From Tubiluchus corallicola (taxonomy: Eukaryota; Animalia; Priapulida): a stretch of 23,012 bases of DNA. The notes beneath the pieces were generated by a model. The model had not been told where the DNA came from and ran no database searches. It was given only the letters and a program-made list of their open reading frames with translations. Positions 1 through 10,496 of this stretch are shown piece after piece. How positions within the stretch are numbered: the first letter of the stretch is position 1; the number at the start of each line of letters is the position of its first letter. The translations under genes and the position numbers were made by a program. The DNA lies in the NCBI GenBank assembly GCA_030141605.1, contig JAQGDQ010001344.1:22825-45836 (forward strand), given 5' to 3'.

Positions 1-2
1 AC

Positions 3-850
3 TATGTGTGTCTGTTTCTCTATCTTTATGTGTGTCTGTTTCTCTATCTTTATGTGTGTCTGTTTCTCTATCTTTATGTGTGTGTGTTTCTCTATCTTTA
101 TGTGTGTCTGTTTCTCTATCTTTATGTGTGTCTGTTTCTATATCTGTGGCTGTTTCTACATCTGTATCTGTGTCGGTTTCTATGTCTGTATCTGTGTCTG
201 TTTCTACATCTGTGTCTGTGTCTGTTTCTCTGTCTGTATCTATATCTGTATCTGTTTCTATATATCTTTATCTGTGTCTGTTTCTGTATCTGCATCTGTA
301 TGTGTTTCTATGTCTATATATCTGTGTCTGTTTCTATATCTGTATCTGTGTCTATTTCTATGTCTGTATCTGTGTTTGTTTCTACATCTGTATCTGTGTC
401 TGTTTCTACATCTGTATCTGTGTCTGTTTCTACATCTGTATCTGTGTCTGTTTCTATATCTGTATCTGTGTCTGTTTCTACATCTGTATCTGTGTCTGTT
501 TCTACATCTGTATCTGTGTCTGTTTCTATGTCTGTATCTGTGTCTGTTTCTACATCTGTATCTGTGTCTGTTTCTACATCTGTATCTGTGTCTGTTTCTA
601 CATCTGTATCTGTGTCTGTTTCTATATCTGTATCTGTGTCTGTTTCTACATCTGTATCTGTGTCTGTTTCTACATCTGTATCTGTGTCTGTTTCTACATC
701 TGTATCTGTGTCTATTTCTGTCTGTATCTGTGTCTGTTTCTACATCTGTATCTGTGTTTGTTTCTACATCTGTATCTGTGTCTGTTTCTACATCTGTATC
801 TGTGTCTATCTATGTCTGTATCTGTGTCTGTTTCTACATCTGCATTCATG
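3..850. repeat. 24-bp minisatellite built from hexamers (TCTGTA-TCTGTG-TCTGTT-TCTACA), with a variant unit TATGTGTGTCTGTTTCTCTATCTT in the first ~140 bp
   Basis: Tandem periodicity is directly visible. It accounts for the three overlapping low-complexity ORFs at 4-896 and is probably truncated by the window start. Confidence 0.97.
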
Positions 851-889
851 TCTGTTTATTAAATGTATAAATCATTTTTCTTTTTTTAG

Positions 890-1049
890 CCACTGACTCA
901 TTCACAAAATGCTCCAAAGAAGTTGCCATCATTGTCGCCGACAAACGTCGTGAGCAGCAACGGCGGTTATCAGGAATCGCCCGACGAAGCGCCATATCAG
1001 CAAACCGCGCACGCCGCACCGTACAAACCAAAGTCTATGGCGCTTAATG
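890..1049 (+). CDS. Candidate internal coding exon (160 nt, phase 0 in, phase 1 out): PLTHSQNAPKKLPSLSPTNVVSSNGGYQESPDEAPYQQTAHAAPYKPKSMALN(G)
   Basis: Strong acceptor TTTTTCTTTTTTTAG ending at 889 and donor G|GTGAGG at 1050. The segment is GC/CpG-richer than its flanks, the frame is open throughout, and the exit phase matches the exon at 10497. Confidence 0.62.
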
Positions 1050-1565
1050 GTGAGGCCAGCACGAGCATTTCAGCTTCTGCGAGTATAACCGTATAGTGCA
1101 TCGTGATGCATGTGAACGCCATAACAATTTTATTTAGCACAGCTGTGAACGTGCCTTAATGTCGATGCGTGGCCGCAGTAGTTATCGTTTCATTATTAAG
1201 CGAGGCTGTATATGATAATTTAATACATGATTTTATTTTTGTACAGTTCCGTGTTGCATGTGAACACTTATCTTTTGTTTTAAAGGTGAGCAATTTTGAA
1301 TTGGTTAGAATCAGCCCTAGGACTCCTCAATTTTGCATACTGGTGAGCTGATATATTAACTGTCGTGTGAACTCAAACGATATTGTTTGTTGTACAATCC
1401 CAAGCACCTCCTTTCATTGTGTTTACTCACAGGGCCGTCTTAACAGTATTATAGCCCCCGCCCCCCAGGCAAAGCAGTGCGCTGGGGACCCTACCTTCGC
1501 AACCACTGGCATGAATAAAAATCTAAATGTTTGATAAAGTTAAACCTATATTTATTATATTGGTG

Positions 1566-2252
1566 CACTCCTTTCTCAGTTTGCCGGACCTCGCTTTTAC
1601 GGATATCGAAAGAATCGGACAAAATCTGGACCGTTAAAAAGTCCCGCATGTTACGGACACAGTCCGTTGTTTAGTTTAAACATAATTTATTATAGGATTG
1701 GATCAGACAGTTTGAACAACATGATTTAGGATCCTCACCACAACAGACTTTATACACTATTTACAAGAACATTTACAGTAAGAATAGACTATAACTACAC
1801 AAGCTGACAAGTTTTACTACAAGATTACATTAGACATTAGTAGAAAATGACGGTTAGAAAATATTAATGTACAAATATTTAAGACTGATGCATTTCATAT
1901 CAGATAGAAACTGTTTGAAGCGTTTAGTACGTAATATAAAGTCACGTATGCATTGGAATGTTTTACAGTTAGCAACATAGTTAAATTCACCTTTTCCACA
2001 GTACGTTGTTTCGTAAGCTGACCGCTGGTTGGCAGGCCGTTACTTTGTTTACATCATTACATCAGTGCAACCAAGCAGCGTGTAATGACACGAGTTTAGT
2101 CAGAAGCAGCCCGTACTAGACGTTTTGAGACAGTTAGGTGATTGACTCTACATTACCATGAGTCAAATAAACGGTGCGTGCTGTATTGGCTTAGAATTGG
2201 CGAGTTCGGACCGACGTTTCCCCGCTTTTGTCTGGCAAATCGAGATAGGAGT
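1566..2252. mobile_element. Non-autonomous TIR element nested in the hAT element (same family as 9672-10066, opposite orientation)
   Basis: Ends CACTCCTTTCTCAGTTTGCCGGAC and GTCTGGCAAATCGAGATAGGAGTG are imperfect inverted repeats. Both subterminal regions align by eye to the reverse complement of the 9672-10066 ends. Flanks are TG and TA, a possible TA TSD. Confidence 0.75.
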
Positions 2253-2469
2253 GTACTTGCAAGAAAATCAGTGTTTAAATATTAGAAAACATGCTGTACA
2301 GCAAAGATTGATCAGCACGAATGTTCAATATAACCTTGACAAACAGAAAATTTCAACACATATATGATACTCATTTAATAAACAGACGGAGATGGAACAG
2401 TATGAAATCACTTTGAACTGTTCATTATTAATCAAGTGTTCAACACAAAAATTTGCACAATTTCTTTTC

Positions 2470-3080
2470 TTTATAATTGATTTGAAGTCACTGATGTTCA
2501 AGATGTCATTTTCCATACATGTGAGTAAAGGCCAGTTCAAACGCTGCTGCCTCATTCTGCTACGAAGTTGATTTTTATATGTTTCAGTCTTGAACGTGAA
2601 CGTTCTCTTGCATAGTTCACCCCTATGCACATGAACAGTCTTGAACATGAACGTTCTCTTGCATAGTTCACCATTACGCACATGAACAGTCTTGAACATG
2701 AACGTTCTCTTGCATAGTTCACCATTATGTACATGAACAGTCTTGAACATGAACATTCTCTTGCATAGTTCACCATTATGCACATGAACAGTCTTGAACA
2801 TGAACGTTCTCTTGCATAGTTCACCATTATTCACATGAACAGTCTTGAACATGAACGTTCTCTTGCATAGCTCACCATTATGTACATGAACAGTCTTGAA
2901 CATGAACATTCTCTTGCATAGTTCACCATTATGCACATGAACAGTTTTGAACATGAACGTTCTCTTGCATAGTTCACCATTACGTACATGAACTGTCTTG
3001 AACATGAACGTTCACTTGCATAGTTCACCATTACGCTCATGAACAGTTTGAGTGCAATTTCAGCTTTACGAAATACAGAA
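2470..3080 (-). pseudogene. hAT transposase C-terminal dimerisation-domain remnant (Dimer_Tnp_hAT / ZMYM1-like), disrupted by repeat expansion, a stop codon and a frameshift
   Basis: The minus strand reads SVFRKAEIALKLFMSVMVNYASERSCSR...ERSRSRLKHIK, then after a frameshift NQLRSRMRQQRLNWPLLTCMENDILNISDFKSII. This resembles the hAT motif FPN-EIALR-FL-L-VT---ERSFS-LK-IKN-LRS-M-Q-RLN-L----IE-D, and it lies inside hAT TIRs. Confidence 0.88.
2590..3048. repeat. 51-bp minisatellite, 9 copies (TTGAACATGAACGTTCTCTTGCATAGTTCACCATTAYGYACATGAACAGTC)
   Basis: Unit starts fall at 2590, 2641, 2692 and so on up to 2998. The 17-aa periodicity is visible in the minus-strand ORFs. Confidence 0.97.
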
Positions 3081-3367
3081 TAAATCTCTATAGTTTAGTA
3101 TAATATAGTAATTGTTTATTAACAGCAACTCTAAACACACATAGATTAACATTGAACCCCTATGCTCATGGGGTCCCCGGCAACTGCCCCATGTGATTAA
3201 GACGACCCTGTTTACTCAGTCTTGTACCATTATTCGTGGTTTACTCATTTGCAATTTTATTTGTTAGTGACGGGTTTAACACACAAATGAACCTCTGCCA
3301 GAATTTTTCGTTTAATTTTCAGGAAAAATACATACATTGGTACATTCACACTTATTTTTGGTATTGT

Positions 3368-3803
3368 CGGGGTTCCCACGCTCAGGGAAAATCCTTGAAA
3401 ATACAGGCGATACTGGAAAGTCACGGAAAAATCGGGGAAAATGATAATTTTTATCAAAATTGGGGTAAAATGGTGAAAATGGGGCAAAAAGTGGGGTGAA
3501 AATTGGAAAGGGTTGCAGAAATAATCACAGTGAACCGATATTTTTTCACACGTTTTTCAGCGGTTCGTGTTCAAGTAAAATTTTCCTACGGCAGGCTCCC
3601 CCCCCCTCCCGGTTTCGATTTCTGTTCCAAAAATAATGATTGGCCGACACATTATATATCAGTATATGTACGAATGTCGTGACACAAAAATGTTTGAATA
3701 TGTCTACTGATAATGCAATTTCTGCTTATCTTGGTCATAGAAAATCAATATTTGGTCAGGGAAAAGTCAGAGAAATTTATTTTAAAATTCTGTGGGAACC
3801 CTG
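3368..3803. mobile_element. MITE with C(A/G)GGGTTCCCAC termini (hAT-like; superfamily uncertain)
   Basis: Termini are CGGGGTTCCCAC at 3368 and GTGGGAACCCTG ending 3803, with subterminal TCAGGGAAAA-type repeats. Flanks TATTGT / TTTTGT could be a 6-bp TSD with one mismatch. Confidence 0.75.
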
Positions 3804-4329
3804 TTTTGTGATACTTTAGGTTTTAATCCTGCATCATAAACTGGTACTTGAATAATTGAATTTCTTTGCAATTAAATGTATCTTTTTACAAAAAAGCAGT
3901 ACATCCTTCTCCAAATTACTGACACCAGCTTTTAAATTTCATTAACTGTATTACCTGATTAATAAAGGCTGGTTGCCAGGTCTCCTGATGGTCTTTCACC
4001 ATCCCGCTTCTTTCTGTTCATTTTCTATGGCGCACTAACCATTCCATTGAATTGTATAAGTTAGTAAATAAATTTGAATTGAATTGAAGTTCTGTACGCA
4101 TCGGTTTTGCTGCATCCATTTTTGGCAGGAGCAAAAATTTGAAATACAGTTGCCATGAATATTGGGGCACATTGGTACAGGAAGTCGAAGTTTTGCGCCA
4201 ATCCCAGGTGGCAGCTAGAACCTCGTTTTTTTTGTTTGGCTGTCACTTTTTCTATCTGTCTTTCTGTTTTCGTGCAGTTGCCTTCACTGTGCATGTTGAG
4301 CAGCACTGTTTAATCAGTTGTTATAGCTG

Positions 4330-5483
4330 GCTAGCCTGGCACTCTAGTGTTTATGGTTCAAGTTAGCCTGGCACTCTGGTGTTTATGGTTCAAGTTAGCC
4401 TGGCACTCTAGTGTTTATGGTTCAAGCTAGCCTGGCACTCTAGTGTTTATGGTTCAAGTTAGCCTGGCACTCTGGTGTTTATGGTTCAAGCTAGCCTGGC
4501 ACTCTAGTGTTTATGGTTCAAGCTAGCCTGGCACTCTAGTGTTTATGGTTCAAGTTAGCCTGGCACTCTGGTGTTTATGGTTCAAGCTAGCCTGGCACTC
4601 TAGTGTTTATGGTTCAAGCTAGCCTGGCACTCTAGTGTTTATGATTCAAGCTAGCCTGGCACTCTAGTGTTTATGGTTCAAGTTAGCCTGGCACTCTAGT
4701 GTTTATGGTTCAAGCTAGCCTGGCACTCTAGTGTTTATGGTTCAAGTTAGCCTGGCACTCTGGTGTTTATGGTTCAAGTTAGCCTGGCACTCTAGTGTTT
4801 ATGGTTCAAGCTAGCCTGGCACTCTAGTGTTTATGGTTCAAGTTAGCCTGGCACTCTGGTGTTTATGGTTCAAGTTAGCCTGGCACTCTAGTGTTTATGG
4901 TTCAAGCTAGCCTGGCACTCTAGTGTTTATGGTTCAAGTTAGCCTGGCACTCTGGTGTTTATGGTTCAAGTTAGCCTGGCACTCTAGTGTTTATGGTTCA
5001 AGCTAGCCTGGCACTCTAGTGTTTATGGTTCAAGTTAGCCTGGCACTCTGGTGTTTATGGTTCAAGTTAGCCTGGCACTCTAGTGTTTATGGTTCAAGCT
5101 AGCCTGGCACTCTAGTGTTTATGGTTCAAGTTAGCCTGGCACTCTGGTGTTTATGGTTCAAGTTAGCCTGGCACTCTAGTGTTTATGGTTCAAGCTAGCC
5201 TGGCACTCTAGTGTTTATAGTTCAAGTTAGCCTGGCACTCTAGTGTATATGGTTCAAGTTAGCCTGGCACTCTAGTGTTTATGGTCTAAGCTAGCCTGGC
5301 ACTCTAGTGTTTATGGTTCAAGTTAGCCTGACACTCTAGTGTTTATGGTTCAAGTTAGCCTGGCACTCTAGTGTTTATGGTTCAAGTTAGCCTGGCACTC
5401 TAGTGTTTATGGTCCAAGCTAGCCTGGCACTCTAGTGTTTATGGTTCAAGTTAGCCTGGCACTCTAGTGTTTATCGTTCAAGT
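4330..5483. repeat. 32-bp minisatellite, ~36 copies (GYTAGCCTGGCACTCTRGTGTTTATGGTTCAA)
   Basis: Head-to-tail, near-identical units with no spacers and two main variable positions. Confidence 0.98.
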
Positions 5484-5656
5484 TTCAAACATATTTTGTT
5501 ACCACACATATCAACATTTTGACAAAAGATTCCTTGTTCCATTACGGTTGAATCAAACCCAACAAATTGGGAAATTAGAAATTTTGATTAATTAATAGCT
5601 GGCGACATTTCGCGTAACTATTCTAAGAATCACTTACTTTAAATGTTGTTTTAAAT

Positions 5657-6155
5657 CAGGGGTGTGCAAATTACGGCCCGCGGGCCACTTGCGGCCCGCC
5701 GAGAGAATTTGTGCAGCCCGCGAAGAGATTTGTCAACCTAATGAAAGTGCGGCCCGGGCGATTAATTGAGTGTATCCAGCTGAAGTCCGTGCCACGATCC
5801 CAAAGACAGTGCGGGTAGTTTTTTCTACTAGATCAGATGCCATTAACCCTTACAAGACGGTTGTAGCTTAATAACACTGTACTACACAGACTGTGTGATA
5901 CACATTACTAATGTGCACTGTAATGAAATTACCACTATCTGTCCTGAAAGTAGAAATATATGGTTTGTAATATAAATTTTAATAACTTCTAAAATAGTTT
6001 CCTGAGTGTAGTAGTAATGATGTACGCAGGTCGGATGCAAAAAATCGTTATTAGACCTTTCTGTACTTGGCTCCTTGATCAAACTGTATGTGGCCTGCAG
6101 GAATTGCGGGAAAGTTTAACGTGGCCCGGCTAGTCAGATAATTTGCACACCTCTG
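5657..6155 (+). mobile_element. hAT MITE (Charlie/Buster-like ends), copy 1
   Basis: TIRs CAGGGGTGTGCAAATTA / TAATTTGCACACCTCTG, with subterminal CGGCCCGC/GGCC motifs. The 8-bp TSD is TTTTAAAT / ATTTAAAT. A near-identical inverted copy lies at 13994-14475. Confidence 0.92.
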
Positions 6156-6285
6156 ATTTAAATGGTTTTGGTGCCCAGTTAAAATTTCATGCATTTGTTT
6201 TAAATTGGTTGTTTGATTACGTTACATCTACATGTATCAGTTTTTTATTTCTTCGGCTGTGTGTTCCCACGGGTGCTTTCTTATT

Positions 6286-6751
6286 TAATAAGCCTTTTCA
6301 CAGTTCAAGCGATTGATGATGATCGTGAAAAGGTCAAAGATTAAGTGTACCAGACAGCGCATTGTGTGCACTTGGCAACGCCTTGCTGCCCATGCTGTTG
6401 CAATAGTAACAGTTTTAAGAGCTAGCTAGAACCTTACCTACTTCATTTTTTCTTGTTCCCTAACAAGATCCTGCTAGTAAATTACTCTATGCACAGACTA
6501 ATGCATAATTAAGTAAAGTCCACGCAAAACAACTGAAATTACTGAACTGATATGGTAGACAGCTTTGCTTTACCCACGTCACGTGACTAGTTAAGACTCG
6601 CTGCTGTGGCACACTTAACCTTTGACCTGCAGCAACTGCACGTGCGCACAGCGAAACTGTGAAAGGGCTAAGACTCGCTGCTGTGGCACACTTAACCTTT
6701 GACCTGCAGCAACTGCACATGCGCACAACAAAACTGTGAAAGGGCTTATTG
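6286..6751 (+). mobile_element. Non-autonomous TIR element with AATAAGCC ends, copy 1; the right 77 bp is tandemly duplicated
   Basis: TIRs AATAAGCCTTTTCACAGTT / AACTGTGAAAGGGCTTATT and candidate 8-bp TSD TTCTTATT / TTCTTATC. It has subterminal inverted repeats and a homologous copy at 16068-16454. Confidence 0.82.
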
Positions 6752-7145
6752 TTCTTATCTCTGATTTTATACAATATGGAGATTTGTCTTCTGTTTGTTT
6801 GTGAATGTCATTTTATTTGTTTCTGATAATTAAATGGGGCACAATTTCAACTATACAAGCCCGTGTAGTAAGAGTAATTGTGTAAATTTCCGTACAGGCA
6901 CTATTTACCTGTTATTACGTTTGTACCATGGTGCTCTGCTTTTACTCTTAAGCTAGGACTCCTTGTGCACGTAATGCGTAGTGTGTGATCTGTGGTCCGT
7001 AATGGCGTATTGAGTATTTCCATGTGTCCGTAAACGCTCTGCGTGTTAACAAATCTCACGGCACTCTTTCTGCCATTTTTGGTAGTTATTCGTGAAAATT
7101 GCAGGCAATAGTTTTTGGAAACTAAGTCTCTGTCGAAATTTAAGC

Positions 7146-7364
7146 GTGATAATTACAGCTGCAGCATTAGCTTATTATTGCACTGTTAGATGGAAGAGAA
7201 AGCGCAGGTTTTGGGTGCACGACATTTTGCAGGAGAGAGAGCAATACGGCACATATCATCGCTTAGTGAAAAAACTGCAGTTAGATGAACAACACATAAC
7301 TACGTACTTCCTCCACCTCTCAAAAACTCAAATAGAAAGAATATTATTGTTTGTTTGGTCCTAA
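7146..7364 (+). pseudogene. N-terminal fragment of a Harbinger (HARBI1/ALP1-like) transposase
   Basis: KRKRRFWVHDILQEREQYGTYHRLVKKLQLDEQHITTYFLHLSKTQIERILLFV matches the remembered Harbinger N-terminal pattern RR-WVH-I---R-Q-G-FH-L--EL--D---F--YFRMS---F--LL--V. No DDE domain follows. Confidence 0.8.
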
Positions 7365-7499
7365 AGGGATCAAAACTTACCTAACTAGAATTTTCAGAAA
7401 GCTAAAAACTGTGAAAATGGTCATCGGAAACTTGAAAATTCGCTATAATCACCTAGGCAACGGTGGTTTCCCGTCTGCGTATTGCTGGGTGATGAATAT

Positions 7500-8619
7500 T
7501 CGAACGGTAGCCAATCATGTTTGAATGAATACCGATCAGACATCGAACGGTAGCCAATCATGTTTGAATGAATACGGCTCAGACATCGAACGGTAGCCTA
7601 TCATGTTTCAATGAATACGGTTAAGACATCGAACGGTAGCCTATCATGTTTGAATGAATACGGCTCAGACATCGAACGGTAGCCTATCATGTTTGAATGA
7701 ATACGGTTCAGACATCGAACGGTAGCCAATCGTGTTTGAATGAATACGGTTCAGACATCGAACGGTAGCCTATCGTGTTTGAGTGAATACGGTTCAGACA
7801 TCGAACGGTAGCCTATCATGTTTGAATGAATACGGTTCAGACATCGAACGGTAGCCAATCGTGTTTGAATGAATACGGTTCAGACATCGAACGGTAGCCT
7901 ATCATGTTTGAATGAATACGGTTCAGACATCGAACGGTAGCCAATCGTGTTTGAATGAATACGGCTCAGACATCGAACGGTAGCCAATCGTGTTTGAATG
8001 AATACGGTTCAGACATCGAACGGTAGCCTATCGTGTTTGAATGAATACGGTTCAGACATCGAACGGTAGCCAATCATGTTTGAATGAATACGGTTCAGAC
8101 GTCGAACGGTGGCCAATCATGTTTGAATGAATACGGTTCAGACATCGAACGGTAGCCAATCATGTTTGAATGAATACGGTTCAGACATCGAACGATAGGC
8201 TATCATGTTTGAATGAATACGGTTCAGACATCGAACGGTAGCCTATCGTGTTTGAATGAATACGGTTCAGACATCGAACGGTAGCCAATCGTGTTTGAAT
8301 GAATACGGTTCAGACATCGAACGGTAGCCTATCGTGTTTGAATGAATACGGTTCAGACATCGAACTTTAGCCAATCATGTTTGAATGAATACAGATCAGA
8401 CATCGAACGGTAGCCAGTCATGTTTGAATGAATACAGATCAGACATCGAACGGTAGCCAATCATGTTTGAATGAATACGGATCAGACATCGAACGGTAGC
8501 CAATCATGTTTGAATGAATACGGATCAGACATCGAACGGTAGCCAATCATGTTTGAATGAATACGGATCAGACATCGAACGGTAGCCAATCATGTTTGAA
8601 TGAATACGGATCATACATC
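7500..8619. repeat. 43-bp minisatellite, ~26 copies (TCGAACGGTAGCCWATCRTGTTTGAATGAATACGGTTCAGACA)
   Basis: Units are head-to-tail and the array abuts the right Harbinger TIR. Confidence 0.98.
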
Positions 8620-8655
8620 ACGCATTACGTACACATAGAGTCGTACCTTTATATA

Positions 8656-9272
8656 CAAGTAGTCGTTGACTTACGACCTATGCGACCTACGACTGTTCGA
8701 CTTCACGACCCGATCACAATTTAATTAACTGTACAAAACTACTATAACTCATATTTCCTTCTATTTTTTAAATGAATTAATTTTAAATCATTTTCTTTTT
8801 CGATAAATTCATCCGTAGGCACAGCCATATTTAGTGCATGGACACACGATGTCTTGCGTGTAGAAGCACGTTGCGGTCGCGTAGGAAATAGGAGAGCAAG
8901 ATCGGGGGGGGGGGAGCAACCACTCCCGCATCTTTTCAACAACCGGCCTTATTACTCTGTTTGACCAAACCTGCTTCTAGTGTTTGCGTGCATTTCTGTA
9001 ACTCATTTGTCAAGGTTGCCTGATTTGACCAAAGATCAAATTGCCCCAAATCTAATTATCATATATTCTTGTCTGATACTGTCAGCTGTGGCATAGACAA
9101 ACGTATAATTACTTCATGTGTCACGGCACCTTTTTTGTGCTTGTTCCCCTTAACTTTAGAACCTGGATACGCCCTTGATGCACCGCTTCAATGTATTTGC
9201 CCAACTTGCATCCATTTCATCTTACAATCAATCCGCCAAAACGTATTGTGGTCGTATGTTGACGACTACCTG
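8656..9272. mobile_element. pogo/Tigger-like MITE, degenerate, probably carrying a nested hAT-like fragment ending near 9177
   Basis: TA|CAAGTAGTCGTTGACTTACGACC at the left pairs with GGTCGTATGTTGACGACTACCTG at the right. The right TA is not preserved. Internal CCTGGATACGCCCTTG resembles a hAT end. Confidence 0.6.
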
Positions 9273-9671
9273 CTTACGACATTGTTTTGTGTGATAAAAA
9301 TCGTACTTGAAGTTCTTGCTTCTGGTGTATATCCTGATTTCACAGCAGGTTTACCACAATATCCTAGTATTTAAATCTCTAACATTTATGCTCTGTTATT
9401 CCTGCATGTACAATATTTATTGTAATTATGTAGATGTAATAATTATTATTATTGTAATTTGTAACCTGTACTTTTTGTTGTATCCAATATACGTTAATTG
9501 ACTGAATGATTTTTTGTTTGGTTTTGCTTTGTTTATCCCACAATGCATTGCTGCTTAACTTGAGATTTTCGTCGAATTTGCATAATCAAGTGGCTTTTCC
9601 ATTTCTAGCATTTTCCTGTGGTGTGATACGGAATTCTTAGTATAGAATCTTGACAAAACAGTTTAAATGTA

Positions 9672-10066
9672 CATTCATATCTCGGTTTGCCGGATAAAAG
9701 CGGGGAGACGTTGGCTCTAAATTTGCAGATTGTGCGTATTTACTGATACTAAGTTAATACAGTAGGCACCATGTATTAGACTCACGGTAATGTAGAATCA
9801 TTAGCCTCATTGTCTCAAAAACATCTAGTACGGGTCACTCCTAGGCAAAAGTATATAAAAACTGTCAGCAATTGACTCAAATAACTCCGCATAATTGACT
9901 CTATATTTTTAAATATAGAGATATACACGCGGTTACCCTGATGTATTGATGTAAGCAAAGTGACGGCGAAACAACAGACTGTGTCCGTACTATGTGGGTC
10001 TCTTTAGCGGTCCAGATTTTATCCGATATTTGTAAAAGCAAGGTCCGGCAAACCGAGATATGAGTT
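9672..10066. mobile_element. Non-autonomous TIR element (same family as 1566-2252)
   Basis: TIR core TCATATCTCGGTTTGCCGGA / TCCGGCAAACCGAGATATGA is a perfect 20-bp inverted repeat. Subterminal sequence is shared with 1566-2252. Confidence 0.82.
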
Positions 10067-10496
10067 TGTCAAGACATTAGTTGTGTGGTTTAGCTGGCAG
10101 CTTCAACACAGATTGTGATTGTAACAAGTTTTAACTTCATCATTGGTCAGTATTCTTTATTTTTTCTTACGCCTGCATTAGCTATAAGTTCAACATTTTG
10201 CTGTGTTAATATGATTTTATTATTTCTACCCTGTTATGCACGAATCCGTCGTATGATTTATTTAACAGGGCATACTTGACTTCTGCTTATTTGTTCTGGG
10301 CGTAGTGACTATGGTTTGTTTTCATTTTTTACTGTCGTGTGTGTGACGTATGGTACGTTGGCCAAACTGCATCTCGATTTTACAACTAGCATTCTACACT
10401 TTTGCTAAAATGCAGCAAACCTTTGTTTCATGTTCTTTGCAAGTGACCAGCATTAGAAGTTTACGCATTTCTTAAGTCGTGCCTTTTTCTTGTTAG

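Larger units (their letters stand above)
1430..3210 (-). mobile_element. Internally deleted hAT transposon carrying a transposase C-terminal remnant, a nested TIR element and a 51-bp array
   Basis: TIRs CAGGGCCGTCTTAA (1430) and TTAAGACGACCCTG (to 3210) differ by one mismatch. There is a perfect 8-bp TSD, TTTACTCA, at 1422-1429 and 3211-3218. Confidence 0.92.
6951..8648 (+). mobile_element. Internally deleted PIF/Harbinger transposon containing a transposase fragment and a 43-bp array
   Basis: Imperfect TIRs AGCTAGGACTCCTTGTGCACGTAATGCGT and ACGCATTACGTACACATAGAGTCGTACCT. A 3-bp TTA TSD lies at 6948-6950 and 8649-8651. Confidence 0.87.

Noticed and set aside
4-896. Three 284-296 aa ORFs
   Set aside because: All three frames are open only because the hexamer-based repeat lacks stop codons; the products are low-complexity.
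2325-3005. 226-aa His/Cys repeat ORF resembling a zinc-finger array
   Set aside because: It has one Cys per 17 aa and no C2H2 spacing. It is the shifted frame of the amplified hAT transposase segment.
4330-5483. 32-bp repeats with an internal palindrome resembling CRISPR direct repeats (also the 43-bp array)
   Set aside because: Units are head-to-tail with no unique spacers, there are no cas genes, and the context is eukaryotic.
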